A stretch of 62,934 nt of DNA, counting the filler, from Octopus bimaculoides (taxonomy: Eukaryota): NCBI RefSeq assembly GCF_001194135.2. It is 7 parts of 7 records of this genome, joined end to end, with 100 filler letters (N's around TTAATTAATTAA, not from the genome) between each part and the next. Parts side by side here need not be neighbours in the genome. Positions count along the whole stretch, not along the records: positions 1 to 27,019 come from NC_068993.1; 6 more parts are not named here. The stretch is one strand, 5' to 3'. The position numbers and the translations under genes were made by a program. How positions within the stretch are numbered: position 1 is the first letter of the stretch; every line of letters starts with the position of its first letter. Positions 1 through 14,638 of this stretch are shown here, piece after piece. The notes below the pieces were generated by a model. The model was not told the DNA's origin, did no database searches, and saw only the letters and a program-made list of their open reading frames with translations.

Positions 1-39
1 ATATATATATATATATATATATATACATACATATGTAGG

Positions 40-218
40 TGCAGGCGTGGTAAGAAGCCCTCTTACCAACCACATAGTTTCAGGTTCAGTCCTACTGCGT
101 GGCGCCTTTGGTGTCTTCTATTATAGCCTCGGGCCGTCCAAAGCATTGTAAGTGGATTTGGTAAACGGAACTGAAAGAAGCCAGTCGTGTGTGTAGATAT
201 ATATATATGTGTGTGTGG

Positions 219-276
<58 letters not shown>

Positions 277-490
277 NNNNNNNNNNTGTCTGTCTTTGTG
301 TCTGTGTTTGTCCCTCCACCATTGGTTGACAACTGATGTTGGTGTGTTTATGTCCCCATAACTTATCGGTTCGGCAAAAAAGACCGGTAGAGTAAGTACT
401 AGGCTTACAAAGAATAAGTCCTGGAGTTCAATTTCTTCGACTAAAATCTTTAAGACGATGCTCCAGTGTGGTTGCAGTCAAATGCCTGAT
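40..490 (+). mobile_element. tRNA-derived SINE family B (head, internal (TG)n, 3' module ending GCAGTCAAATGACTGAAAC-like)
   Basis: Shared blocks GGTTCAGTCC.ACTGCGTGGCACCTTGGGCAAGTGTCTTCTACTATAGCC and GTGTTTACGTCCCCGTAACTTAGCGGTTCGGCAAAA recur many times in the window. Confidence 0.85.
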
Positions 491-513
491 GCCATTATAT
501 ACGTATAAGTGTG

Positions 514-565
<52 letters not shown>

Positions 566-2149
566 CGTACGCTCATACACACACATGTATTTCTGTCTAA
601 CTAACATTTACCTAAACACTTCATAAGGGCTAATTATAACGTACCTTGTGGATTAGGAACAAAATTTTTAACACATCCATGAATGCTCCACATATATATA
701 CTTAGGCATATACACACTTCCCCTCCTACATACACACACATATACACAAACACACATATATATGCGTGCATGTATGTATGCTTCTTGTGTATATCTAGCA
801 CTGCCCTCCTCGTAGCTATTCTTATAACCGCCGTTAGAAGAAGAGAAAAAAAGCAATAAAAATTAACCACAAATGAAGTAAGAAAAGTGCCGTTAGTTTT
901 TGTTAGTTTCTCTCTTTATATATTTTTTTGTAATTGTTCATTTTCTTGCCTGAATGGTTGTTTTATTGTCTGCTCTGCTGTAAAGGAATCTATTGAAGTC
1001 AGCAATTTACCAATGATTATTAGTTAAAAAGAAAAGAAAACTTCAAAAATTTTGCGCTTTAAACGAACTCTTTGCATCTTGAAATTATATATATAGCTCA
1101 CCTCTGCATAAGTGATTATTGGAAGGTTATTCCAAAATGAAATCAACTATACAGACAAACGGACACAAAAGCACTAATTTCATCGAAATTCGATGACACT
1201 CGTGAGGTACCTACTGTCATTGAGTAATTTATTGACATATATTGGTGAGGATATATTAGCCTTTTAGTATTTGAGCCGGTCATATGAAACCTAAATATTC
1301 CACCGGTTTCATGCTCAAACAGACCATATACGGCCTTTTACACCTGCCCTACACAGTCATTTAAAAAGAAACAACCGCATCATTAAAATTTCAAAGCTGC
1401 AAGGTAACGTATGATGACTTCAAAATGATGTGAATAAATTAGCATTGCATTTGACAGAATAAGCTGTATGCTAAAATGTTAAACAAGGTTTTTTTAGTTG
1501 ACGTTTTAATCCATATTCTAAGTACCAGGTGTGGGTGAAATTCGCAGGTCGTGCCCCGTGTAAGGCCTATGAAATCTTGGGTGTTACAAGAATGAACAGA
1601 AGAAAGGAGCCATCAAGAATAACGTGGAGTGAGATTTCCTCATGGTCTCAGGCTTAGTCTTGTTAACCTAAATCGGGTTTCTTGGATGAAAGCATAAATT
1701 GTAAGACCCGAAATCCGCACTTCACGATAAAACACTGGCAAGGTGTTTAAATGTTGCATCCGTAGATTACTGTAGAGCTATTGAGGATGAGCCCTCTTTT
1801 ATTTCCTATCATGTAGCCAGTAAACAGCGGAGTATGTATCAAACATAGGCCTGACATATGTTTTATTCCATGAGTGTAAAACTATGTAGCCTTTGCTGTC
1901 CGCTTCATAAACACCACGTTGCTAGTTTGATCAAATAAGCGACAGATCTTGCTGAGGTGGCTATCGTAGAGTTCATACAAGCAGTGTCAATGAAATTCCG
2001 GCCGAGGCAAATTGTACAGAAATCCGTTCAGTAAATCATATATCTGTACATTATCCAGTGTCTCATGGCTAATCTGGCTGCGGTTTATGTCAACAGTGGA
2101 TTACTTAAACACTCATGACAAAAGATGTTTTTTTTTATTGTCACTCTTT

Positions 2150-2211
2150 TACTTGTTTCAGTCATTTGACTGCGGCCATGCTGAAGCACCATCTTGAAGC
2201 ACAGTCACAAA

Positions 2212-2282
<71 letters not shown>

Positions 2283-2430
2283 GACGGTTTTCTTTCAGTT
2301 TCCGTCTACTAAATCCACTCATAAGGCTTTGATTATCTCAAGACTATAGTAGAAGATACTTGCCTAAGGTGCCATGCAGTGAAACTGAACTACGAACGAT
2401 GTGATTGGGAAGCAAGCTTCTCACCACACA
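2150..2430 (-). mobile_element. SINE family B copy with internal (CA)n
   Basis: Reverse complement of the family B head and tail around a (CA)n run. Confidence 0.75.
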
Positions 2431-2834
2431 TCCACGTAGCCGCATATCACACTGAGTCTGTCAGATGATTACACTAGAGGCAAGAATTTTCTACGGGATA
2501 CTTATTCACTTACATTTTAACACATATCAAGTAATGTAGTTGTCTGTATTAAACAGCAAGCGTTTGCAAAGTTACCTACATATTGTGCAGTTATTTCTAT
2601 CTAGGGAATCTTCCACCACTATACAATATACAATACATCGAGTGCGATAGTCCTGTAGATCAAACCACGTGTCCTTGGAATACTCACTCGCACTAATGCA
2701 GGCATCGAAAATAATAGTTCGGTTGTTCGAATCACTGGAAATCTCAACTGCTAAAATATTCGAAAGGTTTATTCATTCATGGATTGTCAATGTTTGTGTG
2801 GTTATTGTTGTTTAAACCTAAGCAGGCTCTGATG

Positions 2835-3306
2835 GGGGTGAGTACCATACAAATAATGATTTTAAATTTTACTACAAGGACAACAATTTGGGGGGAAGTG
2901 TTGAGTCGATTACCTCGACCCCAGTGATCGACTGATACTTCTTTTATCGATCCCGAAAGGATAAAAGGTAAAGTTGACGTCGGATGAATTTGAACTGAGA
3001 ACATAGTGACAGGGGAAATATCGCTAAGCACTTCGTCCAGTACGCTAACGATTCTGCCAACTCGCTGACTTAGATACCATATAAATAACCATTTCTACTA
3101 TAGACAAAGGCCTGGGATTTGTGATGAGGGTGATAGTCGAGTCGATTTCATCGACCCCAGTACTTAACAGGTACTTAATTTATCGACCCAGAAAGGATCA
3201 AAGGCAAAGTCGACCTCAGCGGAATTTGAACTCAGAACGTAGTGACGGGCGAAATACCGCTAAGCATTCTGCCCGGCGTTCTAATGATTCTGCCATCTGG
3301 TCGCCT
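2835..3306 (-). mobile_element. Two tandem copies of tRNA-derived SINE family A
   Basis: Reverse complement of GGCGAGCTGGCAGAATCGTTAGC..CTGAGTTCAAATTCCGCCGAGGTCGACTTTGCCTTTCATCCTTTCGGGGTCGATAAA..GTACCAG..CTGGGGTCGATGTAATCGAC. Confidence 0.85.
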
Positions 3307-4855
3307 TAGCATACAAGTAGTGATAAGCATTTTAGCGATGACCACCACGTTTGGCTTAAATCAGACTACATAATCTAATATGAACTCATCTTTCAGCAAC
3401 ATAGTAGACTGTTAGGAGAGGGGAATTTGGCTGCTATGTCTTGTAGGTATAGAAACCATGTAAAGAAGCCCTGGAAGATATGAACGTTTCATTTTCCACA
3501 AAATGTTATTTAATGTGGTAATGATTATGAAAAAAAAACAGTGGGTTGTTTCCGATAAGAAAACTAAATAGTAAAGTCGGTTTAACTTAATTGATGCAAT
3601 AAACCAAGATATTAATTAAAATTACAAATTTAATCATATCAACAAATCGGTTGTGAATGACTAATTAATGTGGTTGATTGGCAGAATAGTTAAAGCGTCG
3701 AATCAAACGCCTTGAGTACATATGTAACGAGTAGTGGCTGGTTGAATAGTTAAATACCAGAACCATGGGTGGGGAGAAGCAGAAGAAAATCAAGACTGTA
3801 TGAAAGAATTGGTAGAGCATCAAGCATAAATGGTTGAATCGGAAGCGCATGAGAGCTGTAGTTTGCTAGAATAGGTAGACTGGCGGACAAAATGCGGTAT
3901 TTTCTTACGACATTTTACGTCTGCGGTTCAAATACGACTGAGATCAATTTTATCTTTCATCTTTTCGGGTATGATAAATTAGAAATGCCAAGAAGAGCCT
4001 GTGTCCAGTGTATTGATTATACCCTGTGTAGTTTTATGCCTCTGTTTGAACTCAGTAATATTTAAGACAGGAGTACAGTTGCCAAAGTCATAAAACACAG
4101 AAGTGTAGTTAATGAATTTCCCTAATAAATATCTCTTTTGATCTCATATTTAATTTAGATACCTGGCCACATTTTATCATTGAGATTTTATATGATTTAC
4201 TGAGATGCTAAACGTAGTAGCCAAACTGGGCTTAAATCATATGAAGTCTTATGAAAGGAATAAAATATCGGATAACGTGGGTCTTAAAAATAGCGTTGAT
4301 TATAATTAGAATTATTATCTTTATAATGGGTCCTTAGCATCAGAAATGATTTTGGCTTAAGCAACAATAATTACAACCGGGAATGAAGAGGAGCCAACGA
4401 GGAACCCTTACATGGTTACTCAACGTGCTAAAATTAGCGGTTACATTTTCCAGTAAGTCATATCTATCTTGAGTAAGAAACACATGAAAAGCATATCGTA
4501 TAAGGTAGAATTATATGCCATTTGAAAATAAGAATAACCTATCGGGGCTGCCCCTGGAGTAAGTTACAACCCAGGGGCAATGCTTAGCTTCTTAGAAATT
4601 TATATCCTATTTGATGTCAAATATGTTTACGTATTCTACGATCCACAAGCGAGGAATAAAGTCAAATGCTTTTAATTATCAATTCGTCCTATTGCAAGGA
4701 TCTCCTTCCGTTTTATTCCAAGAATTAATATATTAAATCACAGAACTGTTGTCTTTGATCTGCTTCATTAATATTAGATGATCCTAATACAGAAAGAATT
4801 ATATTTTATCTGCAATACGGCTTGTCGCATTTATAGTAGTAAGTGGACTCATTGC

Positions 4856-4928
<73 letters not shown>

Positions 4929-5151
4929 TGTATCATTGTTTATTATTATTATTATCTATACTTTTAATATTAATGTGTTTGGACCACTGTGGCCAATAAA
5001 AGAAATCGCCACCATCATCAACATCGTCATCATCATCATCATCAACAACAACATCATTGCTATTATAATTATTTATCACTATCCTGATAATCGTTGTTGT
5101 TGTTCTTCTTCTTCATTCATCATGATCTCCTTCTTCTTATCATCATCATCG

Positions 5152-5212
<61 letters not shown>

Positions 5213-7283
5213 TATTCGAGGTTTGAAAAATGCATCAGAAGTTGCGTTTCTTATATCAAACATAATTGGGGACATCTTGGAAAAAACATGCATTAAAAGG
5301 GTTTACATTGATACTCTGGGAGAACTATTAATGTATTCACAGATCATAGTGTTACTATATCTGCTATATGTTCTTAAATTTATTCTAACACTCTATTTGT
5401 TTAACGTCTTCACAGAAGAGGTTCCCTGCTATTTCAATTGTATCAACACGAATGAACGGATCCAATAACTGTTAGATAAGATCGAAACGTTAAAGCGAGA
5501 CGAGAATCTCAGAGTTTCTTAGCAAGATGTTTTGTCGGAGAGAAATTGTCTAAATGTTTCCAATATCAATGTGTGGTAAATATCCGTAAGATAGAATGGT
5601 GGGAAGTGAAGGAGAAAGGAAAAATAAATAAACATGTTAAACACATTATCTTAAGTCAGTTGCTGAAACCAAGCCAAAAAAAGCTGAAATAGTTCGCCAT
5701 CTTGTTACTCTAATAACCACGTTTCAATGTCTGAAATTGATGGGCAGAAAAAAGGTCGTCATTGAAATGGCCCAATAAACAAAGATAAATGATTCCCAAG
5801 GATCAACAAACACTCGTAACCATTATTCATACTTCTGGTAAACTTATTCAACAGGCATAAACCAACAATTTTTCATTTCTTAATAACCGCCTAATCTGTT
5901 ATTTTTTTTTTCATCCATTCCTCAATCTTCTTACCCACTCATATTCTCGAATATTTATACTGATGTTTGGTTAACCATTTTCATCCTTGTGTTCTATTTC
6001 TACTTGACCTATTATGTTTTGCATGGCTACCTCTCCCTCTGTTCTATTTCTTTTTATTTTTGCTTTTTTTTTTTATTTCACAGAACTTTTATCAAACCTT
6101 CACTCCCTAGAAAATGTAGGCTCAATATTTTAAAATTTTGTCTCTACTTTGCATATAAAGTTAGACAGATCAACATCACCTTTGAGAAAATTTCGGCCAA
6201 CGTAAGCCATCGATAGTTTCGTCTCATCTTGGTATTATTTAAACCTTTGCTTGTCCAAGGCATTTTCATACGTTTGTCCTAAACGTCCATGCTTGTTTCC
6301 ATAATTTTAGTTAGCCTTTGCTTCATACATTTGGAGTAATATAAAGCTTACCTTTCATATGTTCCAAGTTACTCCGGTAGTTGAAAGCCATAAGGAATGC
6401 GCATCATATATGTTCCAGGGACGACAAGAAAATAGCTCCTGTGTTTCAAATGTGATGCACAGGACAGGAAAACTCTCTACTAATGTTTTGTTTAAATTTT
6501 ATTTTGCATGGACATGCTTATGGCTGTCCTAATAAGTAATCAGCCAATAGGTTTTTTTTTAGGAACTAAGTGTGTATAATTTCAAATATATCAATTACTA
6601 ATAACATCATAATCACATTCCCTATAATGCGTTTAATTCAACAGCTGAATTGATGGAATTTCACAGAGTATCAGCTCACTTCAATGCATTATTATAGTAA
6701 TCCTTCGACTTATATTAAAACAGCGATGTCATTTTCGACATTAGAAAATATTATTATGATTATTAAGTGGTATCTTGTGGACTACGATTACAACATGCTG
6801 AATAAGTGACGAAGGCCTAATGGAAACAAAGTACATGATCAACATGTGTGTGTATAATATATAACATCGGCTTATTGGATTGAACTTAAAAGGAACAGTT
6901 GGGGGCAAAGGGAATCGAAAAGTAAGGAGAAGGTGGAATCAAAGGTGCAGGAGGAAAAAGATGGTGATGATATGATAATGTTGATGGTGATGCTGTTGCT
7001 GCTGGTGATGATGATGATGGTGTTGATGAAATGAGTACAAATGACAATGTGAGCAACATCACTTTATTCTAATATCAACCCGACGTTCCTCACGCCTACT
7101 CATTCACAAATAGATGTGTGTGTATGTATGTGTGTGTGTATGTATGTATGTATGTATGTATGTATGTATGTATGCATGTATGTATATGTACATCCAGATA
7201 TGTATATATATGTATTTATGTGTGTGTGTATGTATATATGTATTATGTAAGCATGTTTGTATGTATGTATGTATGTATGTATG

Positions 7284-7326
<43 letters not shown>

Positions 7327-8214
7327 NNNNNNNNNNNNNNNNNNNNNNNNNNNNNNNNNNNNNNNNNNNNNNNNNNNNNNNNNNNNNNNNNNNNNNNNNN
7401 NNNNNNNNNNNNNNNNNNNNNNNNNNNNNNNNNNNNNNNNNNNNNNNNNNNNNNNNNNNNNNNNNNNNNNNNNNNNNNNNNNNNNNNNNNNNNNNNNNNN
7501 NNNNNNNNNNNNNNNNNNNNNNNNNNNNNNNNNNNNNNNNNNNNNNNNNNNNNNNNNNNNNNNNNNNNNNNNNNNNNNNNNNNNNNNNNNNNNNNNNNNN
7601 NNNNNNNNNNNNNNNNNNNNNNNNNNNNNNNNNNNNNNNNNNNNNNNNNNNNNNNNNNNNNNNNNNNNNNNNNNNNNNNNNNNNNNNNNNNNNNNNNNNN
7701 NNNNNNNNNNNNNNNNNNNNNNNNNNNNNNNNNNNNNNNNNNNNNNNNNNNNNNNNNNNNNNNNNNNNNNNNNNNNNNNNNNNNNNNNNNNNNNNNNNNN
7801 NNNNNNNNNNNNNNNNNNNNNNNNNNNNNNNNNNNNNNNNNNNNNNNNNNNNNNNNNGTGTGTGTGAGTGAGAAAGGAAATGGCGTTTCTGTTACTATAA
7901 GATGTAACATTTAAAATCATCTCGCATCTGCACCAATAGAGACCACAGCGACACCAATGACATCATGAACGTCAGCAACAAAAATGACAAGAATAAGAAA
8001 AAAAAAAACGCTACTACAACAAAAGCAACGTCATCAACAGTAACAACAACAACAAGAAGAGAAGCAATCACAAGTAGAAGAAACGTAATAACATTTCACT
8101 AGGATATAAATCATAAAGATTTATATATTAGAACAACAGTACATAACTCCTGCTCTACTCTTCCTCTTCTTCCTATACAACACCAGCAACAACATTGACA
8201 ATAATGATTTTCTA

Positions 8215-9455
8215 ATTTTGGCGTTAGGCCAATAATTAAGAGGGTAGTGGGTTAATCGATGTCATTGATCCAGTACTTCGCACTTTATTTCGTCAATGCT
8301 GGATGGGCGAGAAACATCAGCGGGATTTGAACCGTCAACATAGACAGCAGGAGGATATACCGTAATACATTTGGGTGGACGCGGTAATGACTCTGTCAGT
8401 CGAACGGTCTGAATATACGTTCTAATGCTAATACTTATACTAATATTAAGTTGGTGAGCTGGCAGAATCGCTAGCACGCCGGGTAACATGCTTAGCGGTA
8501 TTTCGCCTGTCTTTACGTTCTGAGTTCAAAATGCGCCAAGGTCAACTTTGTCTTTCATCCTTTGGGGGTCGACAAATTAAGTACCAATCGATTGGCCCCC
8601 TCCCCCAAAATTTCGGGGCTTGTGCCTAGAGTAGAAAAGAATCACTAGCACGCCGGGTAAAATGTTTAGCGGTGTTTCGTCCGTCTTTACTTTCTGAGTT
8701 CAAATTGCACCGGGATCGACTTGGCCTTTCATCCTTCTGGGAGTCGATAAAATAAGCACCAGTTGGGTACTGGGTTCGATGTAATCGACTTACTCCTCCC
8801 TCATAATTGCTACCTTAGTGCCAAAACCTGAAACCAATATAGGTACAAGACCTTTAGTGTTCGAGAGGGTGCTCATCCATTACATCAATCTCAGTGCTCA
8901 ATTAGTGTTTATTTTATCAACCAAGAAAGAGGAAACGTAAAGTCGAACTTTGCGGAAGGTGAACCCATAACGAAGAAATGGCCAAAATACTGCTAAGACA
9001 TTTTGTGCGACGAACTAAAGTTTCAGACAAATTTGGGAACCAGGCACAATTTGGCACAATTTTAGGAGGAGAGCATCAGTTGAGTGCATCAGCATTTGTA
9101 TTTGATTGATTCATCATTTTATCGACAGGAGAAGTTATAAGGAAATGTCCTCGCCAGGATTTGAACTCGGAACGTAAAGTACTTAGACAAATGCCACTAA
9201 TCATTTCTTGTGCTACGCCTAGTGCACTAACGAAAGAAAGAAAAAAAAAAAAAAATTGTTTCAAATTTTGGCTCAAAGATAGCAGTTTGAGGGGAGGGGC
9301 ATGGCAATTCCATCGACCCTTGTACTTAGTTGTTCTTTATTTTTATCGACCTGAAATGATAAAAGGCAGTGTTGGCTCCGGCGAGATTTGAACTCAGAAC
9401 GCAAAGAGCCGGGAGAAAGACCGCTAAATGCATTCCTAAATGCTAGAACCATTCT
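8215..9455. mobile_element. Dense cluster of about six SINE family A copies in both orientations
   Basis: The same conserved blocks recur at about 8215(-), 8452(+), 8645(+), 8860(-), 9040(-) and 9255(-). Confidence 0.8.
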
Positions 9456-9639
9456 ACTATGAAACGAAATGAAAAAAAATGAAAATTAAAAAATATTGCT
9501 GTGTCATATATTTTCAATAAGACTTCCTGGCGAAAGTAACAATATGGTAAGAAAAATAATTTTGAAGTTAGATAGCAATTGTAACACTGTGGTGGTGTTG
9601 GCGGCGGGGGAATGGGGATGATGGTGGAGGCAGCGTGAA

Positions 9640-9972
9640 GGTGGGGGGGGCTGTGAATGACGATGATGATGATGATGATAGACTTGGTGACGGTAATGAA
9701 GATGACGATGATAATGATAGTGATGATGGTGATAGTGGCACCGACGATGAATACGGCAATGAGGATAATGATGATGATGATGACGATGATGGCGATGATG
9801 ATGGTGATGATAGCTTTGCTGATCGTGATGCTGGTGGTGTTGGTGACCGTAATTACGTTGATAATAGTAACTACGACGACGACGACGTCGATGATGAAGA
9901 TGATGATGATGGTGACGATGATGTCGATGACGATGACGATTATGATGATGACTATAATGGCGATGTCAGTGG

Positions 9973-10021
<49 letters not shown>

Positions 10022-10022
10022 A
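9640..10022. repeat. Long degenerate (GAT)n microsatellite, representative of the many 2-4 bp tracts (AT, GT, ATC, AAT, AAG, TAC, TATC, TATG) across the window
   Basis: Directly visible. Such tracts explain most of the low-complexity ORFs in the track. Confidence 0.9.
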
Positions 10023-10058
10023 GAATTTCATTATTTGTGAATACGGGTGTATGGTGTA

Positions 10059-10102
<44 letters not shown>

Positions 10103-10616
10103 CGTCTGCGTGTGTGTGTGTGCCTGTGACTCTGTATGTACGTGCTTCTATATATGCCTACATGCGTGCATGAATGTCTGTTTTGGTCTGGTGTCTGCAT
10201 ATGTATACATCTGTATTTGGTTATGATTTGTTAGCAGGTGTGTCTGTGTGTGGCAGCACGTCTATTTATATACATCTGTGTATATATGCGTCACACACGT
10301 TTAAGCGTAAGAGTCTGATTCTTTGTTGACATTCCTCTGTGTATGTATGTATGTGTGTGTATGTGTGTGTGTGTGTATGTGTGTGTGTGTGTATGCATTG
10401 GTATGTGTCTGAGTGAGTATATAGGTGTGCATGTGAGTGTGGTCTGTGTGTGATGTACTTGTGTGTCCGTGCATTTGTGCGCTAGAATTTGTTTGGAAAG
10501 ATTGCTGTTCGTGTGCGACGTGTTGAAGCTGAAGGCTGCAGGAGACGATCCGAAGAGATCACAAATACACATATACGTACACATACGCATATATAAACTC
10601 GCATACATAAACAGAG

Positions 10617-10655
<39 letters not shown>

Positions 10656-11775
10656 CATACAAAGATTGAAAATAACAAACATTGACTGGTCTCACGCGAA
10701 CACACACACACACACACACACATACATACACAAACAAATAAACAAGAATTGTTTCAAATTTTGGCTCAAAGATAGCAATTTTGAGGGGAGGGGCATAGTA
10801 ATTCTATCGATCCTTATACTTAGTTGTGCTTTATTTTTATCGACCTGAAATGATAAAAGGCATAATACATCCATCCATCCATCCATCCATCCATACATGC
10901 ATACTACATACATACATAAATATATATACATACGTACATACGTATATACATACATATATGTATATATATATATATAAATACACACACACATACATGCACA
11001 GGCGCGCGCGCGATTTTATTTTTAAACAGCATAAGTTACAAAGTGATTCAAGGGCCGACTTGGCAAAACACGAAACTCTCGGACCTCAAGTCACTGTGAA
11101 AATTCTAGATTATTAATAATAAAGAAAAACACTTATACATATATTGAGTTTTTGACTTCTATTTTCTTTTTGCATCCTCAAATCTATAAATGCATACATA
11201 AATACTTGTAGATATGTGTATGAAAGGATATACGTGAGTGTATTTATTTATTTATGTGTTTCAGCCAAGTGGCTGCGGTCATGCTGGTGCACCACCGTGA
11301 TATGTGTATACATACCCAACAGACACATATGTGTATATGTGTGTGTGAAACAGTAAAAAAAAAAGGAAGAAAAAATGACAGCAATAAAAAGGTGGTCTGT
11401 AAGAAGTAGAAGTAAAGAAGGAAAAGGTGGAGAAGAAGAAGAAGAAGAAGAAGAAGAAGAAGAAGAAGAAGAAGAAGAAGAAGAAGGATTAGAAGAAGAA
11501 GAAACCTTGCACTAGGTTGGTGACGACTACGGGGGCTAATGATGTTGATGATAATGATGATGATGATGATGATGATGACGATGAAGATGATGATGGTGAC
11601 GATGATGATGATGATAAAATATATACCAGTAATATAAAGTATTCAAAATCAAATCGAATAACAACGTAACCTTATATACATACATATATACACACGCAAA
11701 CGCACACGAACACACACGCATAAAACGCACACACATGTGCCTGCGAGTTGATTCACACACATACAGATGTTTGTT

Positions 11776-11808
<33 letters not shown>

Positions 11809-12441
11809 CTGTGTGTGGGCTTGTGTGTGTGCTTGTGTGTGTCTGTTTGATATTTCTTCCAGGCATGGAAATTTATAGACTACGTGCGATATATACTCCA
11901 TCAACGTACATGTATATAAATAAGGAAGCGACAAAAAAAAAAAAAGAAAAAAAAGAAACATGCTTTTGATCAACTCTACATCTATGAATTTCTGCAGCAT
12001 ATATGCATCATGTATTCATATAACGCATGCAATTGTTTGTATGTGTGTGTGCAAGTGTCTGCGTGTGTGCGTGCGCATGTTTGATTATTTCTAGTTATAT
12101 GTGTGCGTGAGTGCGTGTATGCGTGAGTGCGTGTGTGCATTTACGTGTGTCTGTGTGTGCAAAATGGCCTTAGCAGTGAATCTGTTATAATGGAATGTGC
12201 TGTTGAAGCGAATGCCACGCAACTTCGTATCTGTTACCATATTCTACAGCAGTGCCTTTAACAGCTTGGCACAGGCCACTTGCAGATACACCGAATCTCG
12301 CGTCAGGGTGGAATACATTCGTTTGTTTTTGCTGTAGTTGTTATCGCTTTTGTAGTATTCTTCTTTTCTTTTCTGTTCTTTTTTTTTTCTTCTTCCTTGA
12401 TGCCGAAAACAAAAGCGACAGACGCTTTCACAGAATCATAA

Positions 12442-12496
<55 letters not shown>

Positions 12497-13096
12497 CACA
12501 CATATACATATATTTATTTATCCTCACGTACATATGTGCACACTTTTTGTTTTCTTTTATGGAATTATAAAACAAAGGCAACCAAACTCATACATAAACA
12601 CTCTCTCTCCGCCTCTGTCTATTCAGCACGTTTTCTTTCTTACTTTCTTTCTCTCTCTCTCTGTCTCTCTCTCTCTCTCTGTCTCTCTCTCTGTCTCCAT
12701 CGCTCACTCATTCTCTCCGTCCCACAATCTCCGTCGCTTCTTAATCTTGTTTTTTCTATCTCTTTCTCTCTCATTCTCGTTACTCATTTATTAATCTTAC
12801 ACCTCTTGTGTCTTCCTTCCGTCTACCTCTTACTCCATTTCTTCTTCTTCTTCTTCTTCTTCTTCTTCTTCTTCTTCTTCTTCTTCTTTCCCCCCTCCCC
12901 CTCCTCCTCCTCCTCGTTCTGCTCTTCTTTTTATCCTCTCCTCTTCCGACTCTCCACTGCCGACTCCACTGATAGCTCTATAAATGTGTGCTAGTCTTTG
13001 CTCCTTCTTTTTCGTTATCTTCGTCGTCGTCGTCGTCGTTGTTGGTGTTATTGTTGTTGTTGTGGTCAGTTACAAGTTACCATTGAAGATATCCTG

Positions 13097-14485
13097 ATGA
13101 ATAACTCGAACTCCAACACCGGGATTACACCACGGCTTCTCTCGCCGTGGTTTTCATTCAATTTATTTCGTGTTTTAATATTATTGTTAATTCGACCGTG
13201 TCTGGGATTCTACGGTGCATCTTTCCACCCAGCAGTAAAAGACATTACCCAGGTGGTATACAAGACTAAATCCCAGTGGATCAATGTTACATCCATGTTG
13301 AAAGGGAATTTATTTTCAACCAGCCCGAATCTTACACCTAAACCCTATATCAACTCGAACCTTAGACCCAAACTAAAATCGGATCTAGGCTCTAGCTCGA
13401 ATTCGGTCCCAAACTTCAGCTTAAGTTCGAGCAAACCTGCAGTATTTAGAGGACGAATTACACCCACTACTCCGCATTTGCTTAGTTTGAATTCGAACCG
13501 CGATCGCCGTCACGTAATAGCTGATGCTCAGTACAACCTTGTTCGTCTACTACCGTCTCATCGAAAACTTATGAGTGAGAACGTTGCTTCAGTACCAAAA
13601 ATGGGCGAGATTATAGCCACCGTGAACTATAATAGTAACAATAACAACAACAATAACAACAATATTGATAAGAACAGCAAGCATAAACACGCATACACAA
13701 TTTACAAAAACTTCCATAACAATGATAACAACAACAACAAAAGCCATATCAATAGTAACAACTATAATAACAGCAGTAGAATAAGTTCTAATGAAAACAA
13801 CAAAGGCCACGTGTATCAGAATAAGTTTAGCAATCAAACTTCGGATAGTGGTCGGGTTGACAGCAGTGGTGGTATGAAACATGGTGACGATATTATTCTC
13901 AACAGGGCTAATCGAAGTGTTGAGGGCGATGGAAGGCGAACGAGTGATGCCGTTCCATTCGTGCCTACTCCTTTAATTACGGAAGAGGCAATCAGTGAAA
14001 ATGATGGAAACAAGGCTGTCGTTCTTCGGGGTTCCCCAAAAGATCCGGCATCGCAGGAAAAGAGCGAAAGGTCCCTCAATATTTCCAAGAAAAGATCCGA
14101 CGGAAGTCCTCATGAATTTTCCGATGAAGGGCCGCAAGCAAAACCTTATGAAAGTTCCAACGAAATGCTCGACGAAATGTCCCAGGAAATGTCCGATGAA
14201 ACTCCACGGCAATATTTGTTGAGAGGAGGGAGCGAATGCAGCGCCGATGATATATATCGGGCCAAAATACAAAATGAAATTTTAGAAAATGAAGAAGAAA
14301 ACGAAGAAGACAAAGGCAATACGGATTTACGAACTACACTGTATATTGGAGGCTTATTCGAATCTACGGAATTACATTCTTACGGAAGGTCGGAATTACA
14401 CGCAGCTCGTTTGGCAATTAAACATATCAACGAGAAAAACATTATCCCTGGATATAAGCTCGATTTGGTGTTCAACGAAAGTTCG
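13097..14485 (+). CDS. GABA-B-R3: First coding exon of a class C GPCR, GABA-B receptor family (GABA-B-R3-like): signal peptide, long low-complexity region, start of Venus-flytrap domain
   Basis: Open frame from ATG 13097 (463 codons). Hydrophobic signal-like N-terminus (WFSFNLFRVLILLLIRPCLG). C-terminal TTLYIGGLFESTELHSYGRSELHAARLAIKHINEKNIIPGYKLDLVFNESS matches the first strand/helix of GABA-B VFT domains; the GRSELxAARLAxxHIN form recalls invertebrate R3. Phase-0 donor TCG|GTAAGT at 14485/14486, just before the expected conserved Cys. No downstream exons recognised in the window. Confidence 0.8.
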
Positions 14486-14562
14486 GTAAGTAAACATATT
14501 TTAGTACTTCGCCACTTTACTGCTGCTGATTTTCACACCTCCTCCTCCTCCTACTACTACTA

Positions 14563-14638
<76 letters not shown>

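Noticed and set aside
12998-13096. ORF-track extension upstream of ATG 13097 (poly-Arg/Cys)
   Set aside because: Starts at a non-ATG codon and runs through (CGT)n/(TGT)n. More likely 5' UTR.
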